DNA from: Felis catus
Lineage: Eukaryota
Length of the DNA stretch: 64,000 nucleotides
Assembly (NCBI RefSeq): GCF_018350175.1
Contig: NC_058368.1
Span: forward strand, 61,506,001 to 61,570,000
Reading direction: 5' to 3'
Shown here: positions 51,976 through 64,000 of the stretch, piece by piece
How the letters are laid out: every line of letters begins with the position of its first letter
Position numbering within the stretch: the first letter of the stretch is position 1
The notes under the pieces: model-generated
What the model saw: only the letters and a program-made list of their open reading frames with translations
What the model was told of the DNA's origin: nothing
The model's database searches: none
Translations under genes and position numbers: made by a program

Positions 51976-52871
51976 TCACAGGATTCCCCTTAGGATCTCT
52001 TGTAGGGCTGGTTTAGTGGTGACAAATTCCTTCAGTTTTTGTTTGTTTGGGAAGACCTTTATCTCTCCTTCTATTCTAAATGACAGACTTGCTGGATAAA
52101 GGATTCTTGGCTGCATATTTTTTTTCTGTTCTTCACATTGAAGATCTCCTGCCATTCCTTTCTGGCCTGCCAAGTTTCAGAATAGAGATCAGTCACGAGT
52201 CTTATAGGTCTCCCTTTATATGTTAGAGCACGTTTATCCCTAGCTGCTTTCAGAATTTTCTCTTTGTCCTTGTATTTTGCCAGTTTCACTATGATATGTC
52301 ATGCAGAAGATTGATTCAAGTTATGTCTGAAGGGAGTTCTCTGTGCCTCTTGGATTTCAGTGCCTTTTTCCTTCCCCAGTTCAGGGAAGTTCTCAGCTAT
52401 TATTTCTTCAAGTACACCTTCAGCACCTTTCCCTCTCTCTTCCTCCTCTGGAATACCAATTATGCGTATATTATTTCTCCTTAGTGCATCACTTAGTTCT
52501 CTAATTTTCCCCTCATACTCCTGGATTTTTTTATCTCTCTTTTTCTCAGCTTCCTCTTTTTCCTTAATTTTATCTTCTAGTTCACCTATTCTCTCCTCTG
52601 CCTCTTCAATCCGAGCCCTGGTCATTTCCATTTTATTTTGCAGCTCATTGATAGCATGTTTTAGCTCCTCCTGGCTGTTCCTTAGTCCCTTGATCTCTGT
52701 AGCAAGAGATTCTCTGCTGTCCTTTATACTGTTTTCAAGCCCAGCGATTAATTTTATGAATATTATTCTAAATTCACTTTCTGTTATATTGTTTAAATCA
52801 TTTTTGATCAGTTCGTTAGCTGTCATTATTTCCTGGACGTTTTTCTGAGGGGAATTCTTCCGTTTCATCAT
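51976..52871 (-). pseudogene. L1 ORF1 (coiled coil, RRM, CTD) with premature stop and frameshift
   Basis: MMKRKNSPQK...RRNNIRIIGIPEEEE...AENFPEL; TGA at 52299-52301; frame change at the T-run near 52118-52126; ends QPRILYPA...KPALQEILRGIL*. Confidence 0.96.
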
Positions 52872-54499
52872 TTTGGATAGTCCGTGGAGTGGTGTGGGAC
52901 CATGGGGCACTTCCCCTGTGCTGTCTTGAATAACTTGCGTTGGTGGGCGGGGCCGCAGTCAGACCTGATGTCTGCCCCCAGCCCACCGCTGGGGCTACAG
53001 TCAGACTGATGTGTGCCTTCTCTTCCCCTCTCCTAGGGGCGGGATTCACTGTGGGGTGGCGTGGCCCGTCTGGGCTACTTGCACACTTCCAGGCTTGTGC
53101 TGGGGATTTGGCCTATTAGCTGGGGTGGATCGGCAAGGTGCACAGGGGCGAGAGGGGCAGGCTCAGCTTGCTTTTCCTTCGGAGATCCGCTTCAGGAGGG
53201 GTCCTGCAGCACCAGGAGGGAGTCAGACCCACCACTGGAGGGATGGATCCGCAGAAGCACAGTGTTGGGTGTTTGTGGGGTGCAAGCAAGTTCCCTGGCA
53301 GCATCTGGTTCCCTTTGGGATTTTGGCTGGGGGATGGGGGAGGGAGATGGCGCGGGCGAGCGCCTTTGTTCCCCGCCAAGCTGAGCTCTGTTGTCTGGGG
53401 CTCAACAACTCTCCCTCCCCTTGTCCTCTAGCCCTCCCATTCTCAGAGCAGAGCTGTTAGCTTATAACCTTCCAGATGTCAAGTCCCGCTTGCTGTGGGA
53501 ACACACTCTGTCCGGCCCCTCCGCTTTTGCAAGCCAGACTCAGGGGCTCTGTTTGGCCAGCGGGCCGCCCCTCTGCCCTGGCTCCCTCCCGCCAGTCCGT
53601 GTATTGCGCACAGCCTCTCCACCCTTCCTACCGTGGGCCTCTCGTCTGTGCTTGGCTCCAGAGACTCCATTCTGCTAGTCTTCTGGCAGTTTTCTGGGTT
53701 ATTTAGGCAGATGTGGGTGGAATCTAAGTGATCAGCAGGACACGTGGTGAGCCCAGTGTCCTCCTACGCTGCCATCTTCCCAGGATCTCTACTAATTTTA
53801 AATTATTATGGAATCCCTTCGAAGTTTAAAGTAATATCTCTGTTAGTTTGTTATTCATTTGGCAATCTGAGGTGAATGTTCAGTAATTTTGGTTCCACTG
53901 TGTATCAATTTATTCAATGATATCTATAGTAAATTTTTGACAGTGTTAAATGAAAGGGTCTCGCGCTGCTGAGTAGGTACCTAAACAACCGTTAGCTTGT
54001 CATCAGTTGTGCACTGATTTAAATTATAATTGTATGAAATTATAAATTGTTATATTATAATTAAGTTATAATTATATGCGTTAAACAAGTGTCTACCTCT
54101 CTCTTATGTACTACATCACTAAGATCACTTGCCCTAATACTATACTGTGAAGGGGATTCTTTCTGATCACAGTTTTACTTTAGTCTCTGCAGTCTCCATA
54201 GGGCATTTGACTTGAGACAGTGCAGTGCTCGGCCCCTCTCGCACTCTGTGGTACAGTTCATCACCATCTCATATCCAAACCTTAACAATTCCACAAGGCC
54301 TAGTTACAAGAACTAAATTGCTGAGGGAATCCAGAAATAATGAACCCCCTGGATCTAAAGGTTTGGTTTTAATAAAAACTCTAAGGTCTAAAACCAGGTA
54401 AGTTCAGAATTGCAGTGCCTTCTGAGGAAATAAAGTTGGAAATGCTAACTAGCCTTTATGAAGAATGTGCAGCTCTTAAATTTAGTCAGTCAAGAAAGA

Positions 54500-54942
54500 T
54501 GTCATTGATTGATTGCATTTTTGGCCCCAGTTCTTCTCTCTCTTTAACCAGATCCCCCATGTGACTTTGCAGGCCATCTCCCTGAGGAGAGACAGTCTCT
54601 TTTGCTATCTTTTGAATCTGAGGATTCTGAATTCACACATTTGACTTGGTTGGGCCAATATTATAAAAGCCTATTTCATAGAAGTAGAGTCCTTTGCTTC
54701 TTTTGAAGCTACGTTGCTTAGAGAACATGCTGGGGCCCACTGCTGGAGGATGATAAATGCAAGGAGAAATCATTCTGTCACCCAGTCCGACAGCAAACTG
54801 CCTGCCTGACAGATGTGAGTGACTGAACCCAGAATAGGGAGAACTGCACATCCAAACACAGGCCAAATTCATTGTTTTAATCCACTGATATTTGAAGGTG
54901 GTTTGTTATACAGTGTACTTGCGGTAATAGAGTTCTGATACA
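54500..54942 (+). mobile_element. MaLR 5' LTR (MLT1H/G-like)
   Basis: TTGGCCCCAGTTCTT...ATGTGACTTTGCAG...TTGAATCTG...GGTGGTTTGTTATACAG...GGTAATAGAGTTCTGATACA. Confidence 0.8.
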
Positions 54943-57095
54943 GAAATCAGTACAATTGGAGTGCTGACATATTAAATATAAAATATAATGAAATATGTTG
55001 GTTGCCAGAGTATTCCAAATGACCACGATACTCTATGCATCCAGGAAAACTAACAACCTGTTGTGATATTGGAACATAATAAGAGATTTATATTTATTCT
55101 TCACGCCTTGTTTCTGGCACAAGATTGTCTAAAACCCTTGGAATTTCCTAAGTGATAGATGTGAGAGGTACATCTTTTCTTATTCATAACAAGCTTCTTT
55201 AATCATATCTGAGTTTACGCTAATGAGGTGACACTCAGTTAGCTTCTAGATAGCTCCAGGGATGGGGCCTGGCTACCAGAGGAACCAATCATGTGATTAA
55301 AGGAAATTGCAACCCCACATCCTAACCTAAGGAGAGGAGAGAGAGGCTAGAGGTGGAGTTAATCAACAGGGGTCAGTGATTTAATCAATCATGCCCTGAA
55401 AAGTAATGGAGCTTCCATAAAAACTGTGAATGATGGGGTTTGAAGAGTTTCTGGTTGATGAGTGTGTTGAGGTGCTGAGAGTAGGATGTGCCAGCTGAGA
55501 GCAAGGAAAACCCCGCACTCCCACCTTCCCTGTACATCTCTTCTGTTTGGCTGTTCTTGAGTTGTATCCTTTATAATAGGTCAATAAATGTAAATAAAGT
55601 GCTGTCCTGAGTTCTGTGAGAAGTTCTAGCAAATTATCAAGCCTGAGGAGGGGATAATGGGAAACCCTTGACTGAAATAGTCAATTGGTCAAAAGCCTGG
55701 GTCGCTCTGACTTGAAATTTCTTGCTGAATAGGGGCAGTCTTTTCAGACTGAGCCCTTAACCTGTGGGGTCTGCACTAATTCGAGGTAGTGTCAAAAAAT
55801 TGAATTAACTCGTAGGACATCCAGTTGGTACCTGGAGAGTTGCATAATTGGTTGGTGTGGGGGAAAAAAAGAACATACATTTGGTGTCAGAAGTTCGGTG
55901 TTAAAAACACACAGATAGTAGTACCTGAACTATGTAATGGTGGACTATTTTATAAAATTATATTCTTCTGTAAGTTAACAAAGTTTTATATAATAAATTT
56001 TTAATGTCAAAAAAAATGTCTCCGAGCTAACTACTGGAAGAGGCAACTGATTCCTTTTAACTGAATATTATGAGAAAGAGGGGTACTCATAAGAAAAACA
56101 GAAAAAGTGGTATGAAGTTTGCAAGTGACGGCTAGACTTCCTAAGTTAGAATAATAACATTGCTTCTTACCCTGGGCGAGTATAATACTCTCAAAGAAGC
56201 TATGGCCTCAGAGTACAGATCTCACAACCATTGAGGTGTGAATCTCTGTAATGACCTTTTACTAAATTAAGGCAGTGCCTCCTAGACACATTCAGCTTTC
56301 CCCAAAGAACCTCTAGGAAGCTTTAGTTCATAGCACACAGAAGCCTAGTCTCAAAATAGCAAAAAACAAACCCAGAGAGGGAGGCTTAGCAAGAAAGTAA
56401 TTATGAGTATGGCTTTTGTTGTATGGGTTGGATTATAATCAGTGAATAATAAAATTTAAGGTTTTTCAGGAAATAATAATGAAAAGGTTTCTACAGCCTG
56501 AGCTAAAATGGACTGAGTTTGCTTATTCTGGAGTAAAGCAAATCTCTGAACCTCCAAGATTTTACTAGGGAATAGGCTGAGAAAATTCTGTAGTATGCTT
56601 TAATACCTTTTATAGAGGGACCCAAGAAGTCTAGTGGAAAGAAAAAAAAAAAATGACGTCCAAGGAAGTGAAGTTAAAAGAAATGAGAGAAAATGGATTA
56701 AAAAAAACCAGTCTTCTGGAACAGAATCAGGGTCTGTTAAAAGGATACTTACCATTCCTAGAGTAGGCATCGCAGACAACACTATCCCAGCAGGATGTGG
56801 AAGTTGATGTGGACAAGCTACTGCTCTATACCATCCATTCTTCATCTCTATTTCAAATGAAACATTCTGTGTGGTTATTCTGCCTGTCTCTTGTCATTGC
56901 ATCTTTTAAGTTTCTGGGGGTGTCCTTTTTAGCTCCTCATCCCCAGATAAAGATGAGATTTATTTGGACTTGAATTTGGTCATGAGGGCCTATACTTTGA
57001 GCTTGACCTGATTAAATGGAGCTTTGACGGGCTTGGTAGGGAATGAGTTTTTTGCAAGTAAAAAGAATGTAAATAATTATGGCCAGAGGGAAAAC
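54943..57095 (+). mobile_element. MaLR internal region (MLT1-int), interrupted by a MER21-like LTR
   Basis: Starts GAAATCAGTAC...GGAGTGCTG right after the LTR; ends with purine tract GGCCAGAGGGAAAAC right before the second LTR. Confidence 0.65.
55062..55912 (+). mobile_element. MER21-like ERV solo LTR
   Basis: TGTGATATT...CTAAAACCCTTGGAATTTCCTAAGTGATAG...ACCAATCATGTGATTA...TGTCCTGAGTTCTGTGAG...ACTGAGCCCTTAACCTGTGGG...ACATTTGGTGTCAGAAGT. Confidence 0.85.
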
Positions 57096-57551
57096 TGTGG
57101 AAGATTAATTTCATTAGTGGTGGCAATCTTTGGTTTCTCCCTGCATTCATGCCCTTTGATATATTGTGATCATCTCACTAGAGTGATGGAGTCTGGTTCT
57201 TCCAGTAGTTGATTCTGGGTTTGGCCATTTGACTTACTTTGGCTAATGGGATATCCTCACATAGGATACATGCCAAGGCTTTCACTCTCATGGTTCAACC
57301 TCAACTTCCGCCATAAAAGTATGCTTTGAAGAGCCTGCATAGAAAATGAAAGACTCATGACCCAGTCATCTTTTTAGGCCCAGCTAAAAGTTAGCTTATC
57401 AGCAAATATGTGACTGAGTCCAAACAAAAGAAATAAAGAACCATCCAGCTGAATCCATAATAATTCAGTGATCTATAGACTATGAGATAAATAAGTACTT
57501 TTAAAGCTCAGTACTGTAGGTCTTCGGTATCTTGCAATAGAGACTAATATA
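57096..57551 (+). mobile_element. MaLR 3' LTR (MLT1H/G-like)
   Basis: TGTGGAAGATT...CTCCCTGCATTCATGCCCTTTG...TGACTTACTTTGGCTAATGG...GCAATAGAGACTAATATA. Confidence 0.8.
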
Positions 57552-57554
57552 TAA

Positions 57555-57990
57555 GGCCTATGTCAGGATATGACATTTTGAGTAGACACCTGAACAGCTA
57601 TAAAGGAGACATTTTGGTCAAGAAAAACAATTTCCTAAGAAAAGAATGTGATCATTCTGAGGAGAAGAAAGAAAGTCAATATATCTGGAGCAGAATGATT
57701 AAAGACAACCAATAAATAATAGATTGGCAGGTTAGGCAGGAGCCATAGCATGTGGGGTTTTGCAAACAGGGGTAAAGTGCTTCTATTTTCTTGTAAGTGT
57801 AATGGGACATTTTTAGAACATTTTATGCAAAGTTTAATATGATTTAAGTTTAAAAAATTTGTTTTCACTGCTTTTCTGTGAAGTGCAGATACCATGGGAG
57901 CAAGATTACAAGTAGGGAAACTAACTATGAAGCCAGAACCAAAATGACTATACACAGTTTTCAGGTTATACAGTTTGTGGTCATGACTTC
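57555..57990 (-). mobile_element. L2 fragment
   Basis: TGACATTTTGAGTAGACACCTGAA...CTGGAGCAGAATGA...GGGAGCAAGATTACAAGTAGGGAAACTAAC. Confidence 0.7.
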
Positions 57991-58692
57991 AGAAAAGTAG
58001 AAGGAGAAACAAATATCTCAGAAGATAAATCCTAATAAAGTTTCCAGAAAATGTTAGCTCTTATATTTTATTTATAGCCTCCATCTAAGAAGGAATTGTT
58101 AGTTGGAAGAGTAAATATTTATAACATTGTTTTGATTTTCTGGATCTTAACCAGAGTCAGAGTCCTAAGTATCACAGATATAATTTCCTAAATCACTTCA
58201 TTTATTTCTTTAATGCTGTTCATAAATATTTAATAGTATTTCTTGCTTATATATCTCATATCTCTCTAGTCTGTTTGTGCCCAAGACATATTGAATAGAG
58301 TTCAAAGTAGTTCTATTTTTATATTGAACGTTGTATATTTTCCAGTTTTCTTATTGAGTAGCTATAAATTGATTTGGAGCCTCCTTCACACCATTAAATA
58401 CAGTCAATACATTCTAAATTATTGATTACATATGACTTTTTAAAATTAGTTTAATGTTATTATTAAATTAGAATAAAATCATTCCATTGCTACTCAAATA
58501 ATAAGGACTTTTTTTTTTTAAGGACATTTTCTTCATGATATCTTTTAAGGTAGTTACAGATCCTGGCAGCAGTATTTAACTGAAAGCTGTTTGTAGGAAC
58601 TTAAAAGGTTGATGAAATATATGGACAGGTAAAAAAAAAAAAAAGTGCACTCTGTGTGTATTGGACTCTAGTTTTAACAATAGTTCATTCTT

Positions 58693-58912
58693 GGGGGTGC
58701 CTGGGTGGTTCAGTCGGTTTGAGTGTCCAACTTCAGGTCATGATCTCACGGTTCACGGGTTTGAGCCCGGCATTGGACTCTGTACTGACAACTCAGAGCC
58801 TGGAGCCTGCTTCAGATTCTGTCTTCTTTCTCTGCCCCTCCCTGCTCACTCTCTGTCTCTCTTTCTCTCTCTCAAGAATAAACATTTATTTAAAAAAAAG
58901 AAAAAAAAGAAA
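58693..58912 (+). mobile_element. CAN-SINE
   Basis: Perfect TSD AATAGTTCATTCTT at 58679-58692 and 58913-58926. Confidence 0.98.
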
Positions 58913-61699
58913 AATAGTTCATTCTTTCCTTCAGTGTGATGATCTTGTCAAACATAAATTACATATAAATTTTTGCTTTTGAGAATTTATCATTGCATTT
59001 AGGAGAAAAAAATATCCAACCAGCCTTTTTTGACCATAAGATTTTGCTTCATCTTACTACTGCCTATGTCTTTAATATTTTTCCCCACTTTCTTCAACCA
59101 TGAGCCAGGATGGCATTTGCATATGCTTTTCCCTCTAGTCTTACATTAATATCCTTAACCTCTTACATTTCTTGAATGTGTCATTCCTTCTGGTTCTTTT
59201 TAATTGTCACCACCTGATCGGTTAACCTATGTGAGAGTTCAGGTTCTCTGAGGGTCTTCCTGAAGGGAATCACCTGTGAAGGAATAAATGGGAAGGAGGC
59301 TAAGGAATTGAGAGACCACCCATACAGCAATGGAGGCTCACCCCTTAGGGAATAGGGAAAGGATGAAGGCACACACAACTGCAATAGATGTCCATTACCT
59401 GTTTTAGCTCCACCTTCTTACTTGCACATCATACTTGACATTTTAAGCTTCAGAGCCCCTCTAGTAAGCCTGGCTCTCTCCCATAATGCAGTGATACTCT
59501 CATCACACATACACAGTTTGTGTATTCTTTATATATATCACATATATATTATGGAGTATATAATGATGTATATATATATGTATATATACATTTATGTGTA
59601 CAATGAATAGATGTTTAGTAAAATAATTCTAAATAACGAAATTGTATTTTAAAATAAACAGAAAGAATATATACAGAAAGATTAAATTCACTTTATAACA
59701 GTAATTCTTATATAAACATTTGAAGCTTAAACACTTACCATGATTCAATAGTTATTATATAGATAATAATGATTTGTTGTAGTAAAATTAATATTGATTA
59801 TGGAAATGTAAAATAGAGATCTTGGATTTTTCCAATAGCCATTAAATCCAAATTTACATCTGAAATTTATTTCATATGTTTATTATTTTTCTGCCAGTTG
59901 AAGGTATGTGTTCTGTCCAAAAGAATGTCTATTACCATATACAATTGTTGTTTTGAAGATGAATAATTAGAAGAATGATCATTATTAAATTTACTTGGAG
60001 TTCATTACAGTTTGTAAACAGACTCCTCTAAATACTATAAAATTTACCGCTTAAATTGTAGGAAATATGTTTATGCAATTATCTTTATCATTTAATTGAA
60101 TATCGTGGTTTCTCACAATATAATAGAAAACATGCATTAACATGATAAATTTATGGGGATTTTATTCAATATGACAAGAAAGTTTGCATGGTTTAAGGAT
60201 TGACTTTTTTAAGGTTACATTCTTAAGACATAATGCTATGGAATATTAAGTATCTTATAAATTACTGTATTCACACTCGTCTAGAACTGTCAAAGCCAAT
60301 CTGTCTCTTTATATAAAAGACGAATAATAAAATTCAAGAGAGATTTGTTTGAAACTACTTTACACGTTGGAATATTATAAAAACCTTAAGATAATATTTA
60401 AAATACCTTCCTGTCTTACAATAGTAATTCTGAATTTAGACAGTTTCAAAAGTAACTAATTATTTAAGTTAATTACTAGATATTGATTATAATAAAAAGC
60501 CTTAAATGACTAGAAGTACAATTGCATTCATGTCTTAATTTTCTTGTTTTCCTAGTTTTTTTTAAGAATTGCATTTTCTCACAAACCTATGAAAACCTGA
60601 CACAATGTTTAGCAGTTTATTTGCTACACATGAGATGTTATAAAACATTACAAATTTTTAATCTGACATTAAAAAAAAATTAACCCACCACCAACTTCAA
60701 TATAGCTGCTCAGAAATACACAGTAACTTTATGATTTGTAGGGTGATTAAAAACATAAAAGCTGCATTATAATGGTCAGGAGAAAATAGAAATATACTTG
60801 TAAGGTAGACCAGCACTATCCAAATATTAAGGTTTTAAACTATTATTAAAATAGTGATAAGCTCAGTCTGTGATATAACAATAAGTTGCCTTCAAACACA
60901 TGAAAGGAGTTACAAACCCTTTTTTTCACTGTGCATATTGCTTGGATAAACATGTAGCAAATTTACTAAATAGGAAATCTAAAGGAATTAGACCTTATCA
61001 TTATCATTAGGCCTTACCAAAGTTAAATCTCTTGTTTTATTTGTATGATGTTGTAAGGATAGGGCCACTCATGACATTTTCAAATTACATGAGAAGTTTT
61101 GTATTCCTTTGGGTATATTTCACACCTTAAAGAGGTTCTGTATTTTTGGCCACTTCTAATCACAGGTCAAGCATGTAACCTTTACATTAAAATATCCTTG
61201 TGGATGTCCTAAGTAATTCCTTTTCTTTAGATAGTTTCTCAGGCATTGATTCCTTGAAAAACCACCTCCATACCAGACTTTACCAGATTTTCGGGGTTTG
61301 CTAGGGAAAAAGGTAAGGCAGTTAGAAGGCTCATGGAGTAGTCTGTGTAAGAGTTATTGGGCACTTGTGGTAGTCCTGGGAGAATAAAGATGGATGATAT
61401 TTGACAAACGTGGAATATGATGTATGTTGACATTTATAGATGTGGATTATTTTCAGAATTTAAAATCAGGAAATAAAGTAATATTACATGGATTATAAAT
61501 TTAAAAATTGATATCACAGTAGATATTCATACAACAAAAATAGACTTGTCTTTCACCAGTCTTAACTCCCAAGTTAAGTTTTAGAAAATAAAGGGAGACT
61601 TACGTTCTTGACCCCTTGTACGAAGACAAAAACAGAAAAGGAAGAAATGTTTGTCCCTTTAGAATTGTGCAAGCCAGCGTGCTCCTCGGCAAATGTAAA

Positions 61700-61860
61700 G
61701 GACTGGTTTGGGTCTTAGTTTCAACACATCCTAACCATGTGACCTCATCATAGGCTTTGTCTCTTTTTTCTATAAACTGTCACATTAGTAATAACATCCA
61801 GTCTAACAAACTTCTAGTTTACTCTGAAGTTCATGTGAAATGAGATTAAATTTGTGCATC
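61700..61860 (+). mobile_element. MIR fragment
   Basis: CCTAACCATGTGACCTC...TTTTCTATAAACTG...TAATAACATC...GTGAAATGAGATTAA. Confidence 0.55.
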
Positions 61861-62282
61861 TTTTATTATTTATTTTGCTGTTGTTGCTGTGGTGGTAATT
61901 GTGGTAGCACAGCTGAGGCATGGCTGTCACAGAGTTGGAAAGACAGAAGGATATTCTGTTGTTGACGTTTTGTAAAGAAATGAATATAATTTTTTCTGCA
62001 GATTGTTTGCTTAATTATGTCCTGTGCTAGTGTATTGAAATTGAAATAAAAATTACTGAATATTAAGTACATATATTGAATATATACTTAAGATAACTGA
62101 ATATAACTATATTGAAAAAACTAGAAATGTAACTTTGGAGGTGAAAGATCATTTTATACTTTTCTAATTTGCTTCTTAACCTCAAATACTGATTTTAAGT
62201 CACCATTCCACATTCTTAATAAATGAGTATATTTACTTTAATTCTGTTGGTAGGTACTATTTTTGAAATATATAATCTGCTT

Positions 62283-62288
62283 TTTTTC

Positions 62289-62319
<31 letters not shown>

Positions 62320-62357
62320 CTTTTCTTTTCTTTTCTTTTTTCTTTTCTTTTCTTTTC
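62283..62357. repeat. (TTTTC)n pentanucleotide microsatellite
   Basis: Seen directly. Confidence 0.97.
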
Positions 62358-62448
62358 CTCTTAAATTGAATCCTTTCCATGTACTCTATGTACTTTTAAT
62401 CTGGAAAAAAAAATAACTTTGACATAGTGCTCAGAACAACAAGGGGTA

Positions 62449-62724
62449 GGGGCACCTGGGTGGCTCAGTCGGTTAGGCAAACAACTTCGGCACAGGTCAT
62501 GATCTTGCAGTTTGTGAGTTCGAGTCTCGCATCGGGCTCAGTGCCAACAGCTCAGAGCCCGGAGCCTGCTTCAGATTCTGTGTCTCCCCATCTTTCTGCC
62601 CCTCATGCTTTGTCTCTCTCTCTCTCTCAATAATGAGCTTTCTGCTCATGCTTTGTCTCTCTCTATCTCTCAATAATAAATGAACATTAAAAAAAAAACA
62701 AAACAAAAAAACAACAAAAAATAA
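62449..62724 (+). mobile_element. CAN-SINE with duplicated tail segment
   Basis: GGGGCACCTGGGTGGCTCAGTCGG head; repeated CTCATGCTTTGTCTCTC...CAATAAT. Confidence 0.97.
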
Positions 62725-62774
62725 TCAGAACTTAGTACTACTGCATATATACAAATAAACCAGTTTGAACACAT

Positions 62775-63785
62775 GCATTTATTTAACAATTTTTTTAATT
62801 GAATGTATCCTACATATTAGATACTGTGTAAAGTGGTTGGGGTTCTTCAGTAAACCAAACAAATAAAATTTCCTGGCCTTGTGGTATTTTCATTCTACTG
62901 AGGAGAGAGGCAATATATAATAGTCAAGATAAATAAGATAAATAAATATAATATATTACAAAGGATTTGAACTAAATAAAAGAAGAAATAAAACATCTTG
63001 CAGTATAATGGGGATTGAGATGCTAAGATGAACAAATGTGTGCTTGTATTTAAAATAGGGCTTTCTCCACTGAAAGATTTATTTGAGAAAAGACATGACT
63101 GTAGTAAAGGAAATGGGCATCTGGTGAAAGAAAGGTTTGAAGGAGAAACAGCCAGCACAAAGTCTCTGTGGCGAGAGTGTGATTGCTGTGCTCAAGAAAA
63201 GTAAAACTGGAGCAAATAATATGGAAAGGTTGGGGTAGAAGAGGATGAGTAAGGGAGGTAACTTGCCTTTTTCTGGATGAAACAAAGAGCCATTGTAGAA
63301 TTTTGAAATGAATTACAGTCTTTGACATTATGTATACTATATATCGTGTATAATACATATATAAATGTATATCTGAATGTACATGCATGCATACCCATAC
63401 ATATATATGTACACATGCATATATGTACATAATATGATTCAGTGTTCAGAATAGAACACAAGGAGACAAGATTAGAAGCAGGGAGACCACATAGAAGACT
63501 TTTTCAATAGTTCAGTTATGGGCTGATGGGGTGGGAGTGGAGGAGTTTAAAGTGCTTGAAATGGAACTGTCAGGAAGATAGAGAGTTGTGGATTTGCTTA
63601 ATAGATTGGATATGAGGTGTTAGTAAAATAGAAACAGAGAATTGACCCCACAGTTTTTTATTTCAACATCTGAAGGGATGGAATGTCACCAACTGAAATA
63701 AGGAATTTATTAGTGGATTTAGGGGAAAAATAGAAATTTTAGTTTTGATATATGTTAAATATTCTAATGGAGATGTCAAGAAAAT
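62775..63785 (-). mobile_element. L2 fragment with embedded (TA/CA) tract at about 63340-63430
   Basis: CCTGGCCTTGTGGTATTTTCATTCTACTGAGGAGAG, GAAACAGCCAGCACAAAGTCTCTG and CAGGATTTGCT-like...GATTGGATATGAGG. Confidence 0.8.
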
Positions 63786-63834
63786 AATTGGAAGTAATAT
63801 GCATACCACTACACAGTACTACAGTATTCAGTAG

Positions 63835-64000
63835 TTGTTTATGTATTTACCTTTACAGTGAGTTTTATGCATTCATATTTTTTGTTGTTTAATATCCTCT
63901 TATTTCATCTTGAAGAACACTAGCATTTATATAGGAAGGTCTAGTGGTGATGAACTTATTTGTCTGGTGCATTTCTTCTTCATTTTGAAGGACATTTTTT
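63835..64000 (-). mobile_element. Old L1M fragment (ORF1 3' end); runs off the window end
   Basis: TTTACCTTTACAGTGAG...AGCATTTATATAGGAAGGTCTAGTGGTGATGAAC...TTCATTTTGAAGGACATTTTT. Confidence 0.65.

Larger units (their letters stand above)
47643..53790 (-). mobile_element. Full-length felid LINE-1 (L1_Fc-type), inactivated
   Basis: 5' terminus GATCCTGGGAAGATGGC (YY1-like), GC-rich 5'UTR, ORF1, ORF2, 3'UTR, poly-T at 47643; candidate TSD TTTTAAATTATTA at 47624-47636 and 53796-53808. Confidence 0.98.

Noticed and set aside
52360..52848. 162-aa Ser/Leu/Phe-rich + strand ORF (also 48556-48984 and 49437-49811)
   Set aside because: Antisense shadows of L1 ORF1/ORF2
53011..53731. Overlapping ORFs in the L1 5'UTR, considered as an ORF0 analogue
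   Set aside because: GC-rich DNA is stop-poor, the longest starts at GTG, and no similarity to a known protein was recognised
913..62706. Many 60-120 aa ORFs such as MAQSV..., [14 protein letters not shown]... and ERERER...
   Set aside because: Translations of CAN-SINE bodies and (CT)/(GA) tails, not genes

Overview
AT-rich, gene-poor mammalian genomic DNA from a carnivore, almost certainly a felid. It holds 24 CAN-SINEs (tRNA-derived head, (CT)n and poly-A tail), four of them near-identical young SINEC_Fc-type copies, plus cat-type LINE-1. I recognise no host protein-coding gene, RNA gene or CRISPR array. The only protein-like ORFs in the track are broken LINE-1 ORF1/ORF2 pieces; the rest come from SINEs, microsatellites or chance. 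Main structures: a full-length but dead L1 (47643-53790, minus strand; ORF1 stop and frameshift, RT motif FADD changed to FAND, a young SINE inside ORF2); a 5'-truncated L1 joined back-to-back with an older L1MA-like element (27142-31122); an ancient L1M 5' half (40868-43890); an apparently complete MaLR/MLT1 LTR-internal-LTR element with a nested MER21-like LTR (54500-57551); and Tigger2-type, L2 and MIR relics. The best non-repeat candidate is a motif cluster at 21361-21740: two MCAT/TEAD sites, two CAGCTG E-boxes, a TATA box, an Inr 31 nt downstream and a GTGAGT donor. It resembles a muscle-type Pol II promoter with a first exon, but this is motif-level inference only. I found no convincing novel biological system. 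Repeat subfamily names are from recall of consensus sequences, not a database search, and boundaries of old repeats are approximate.
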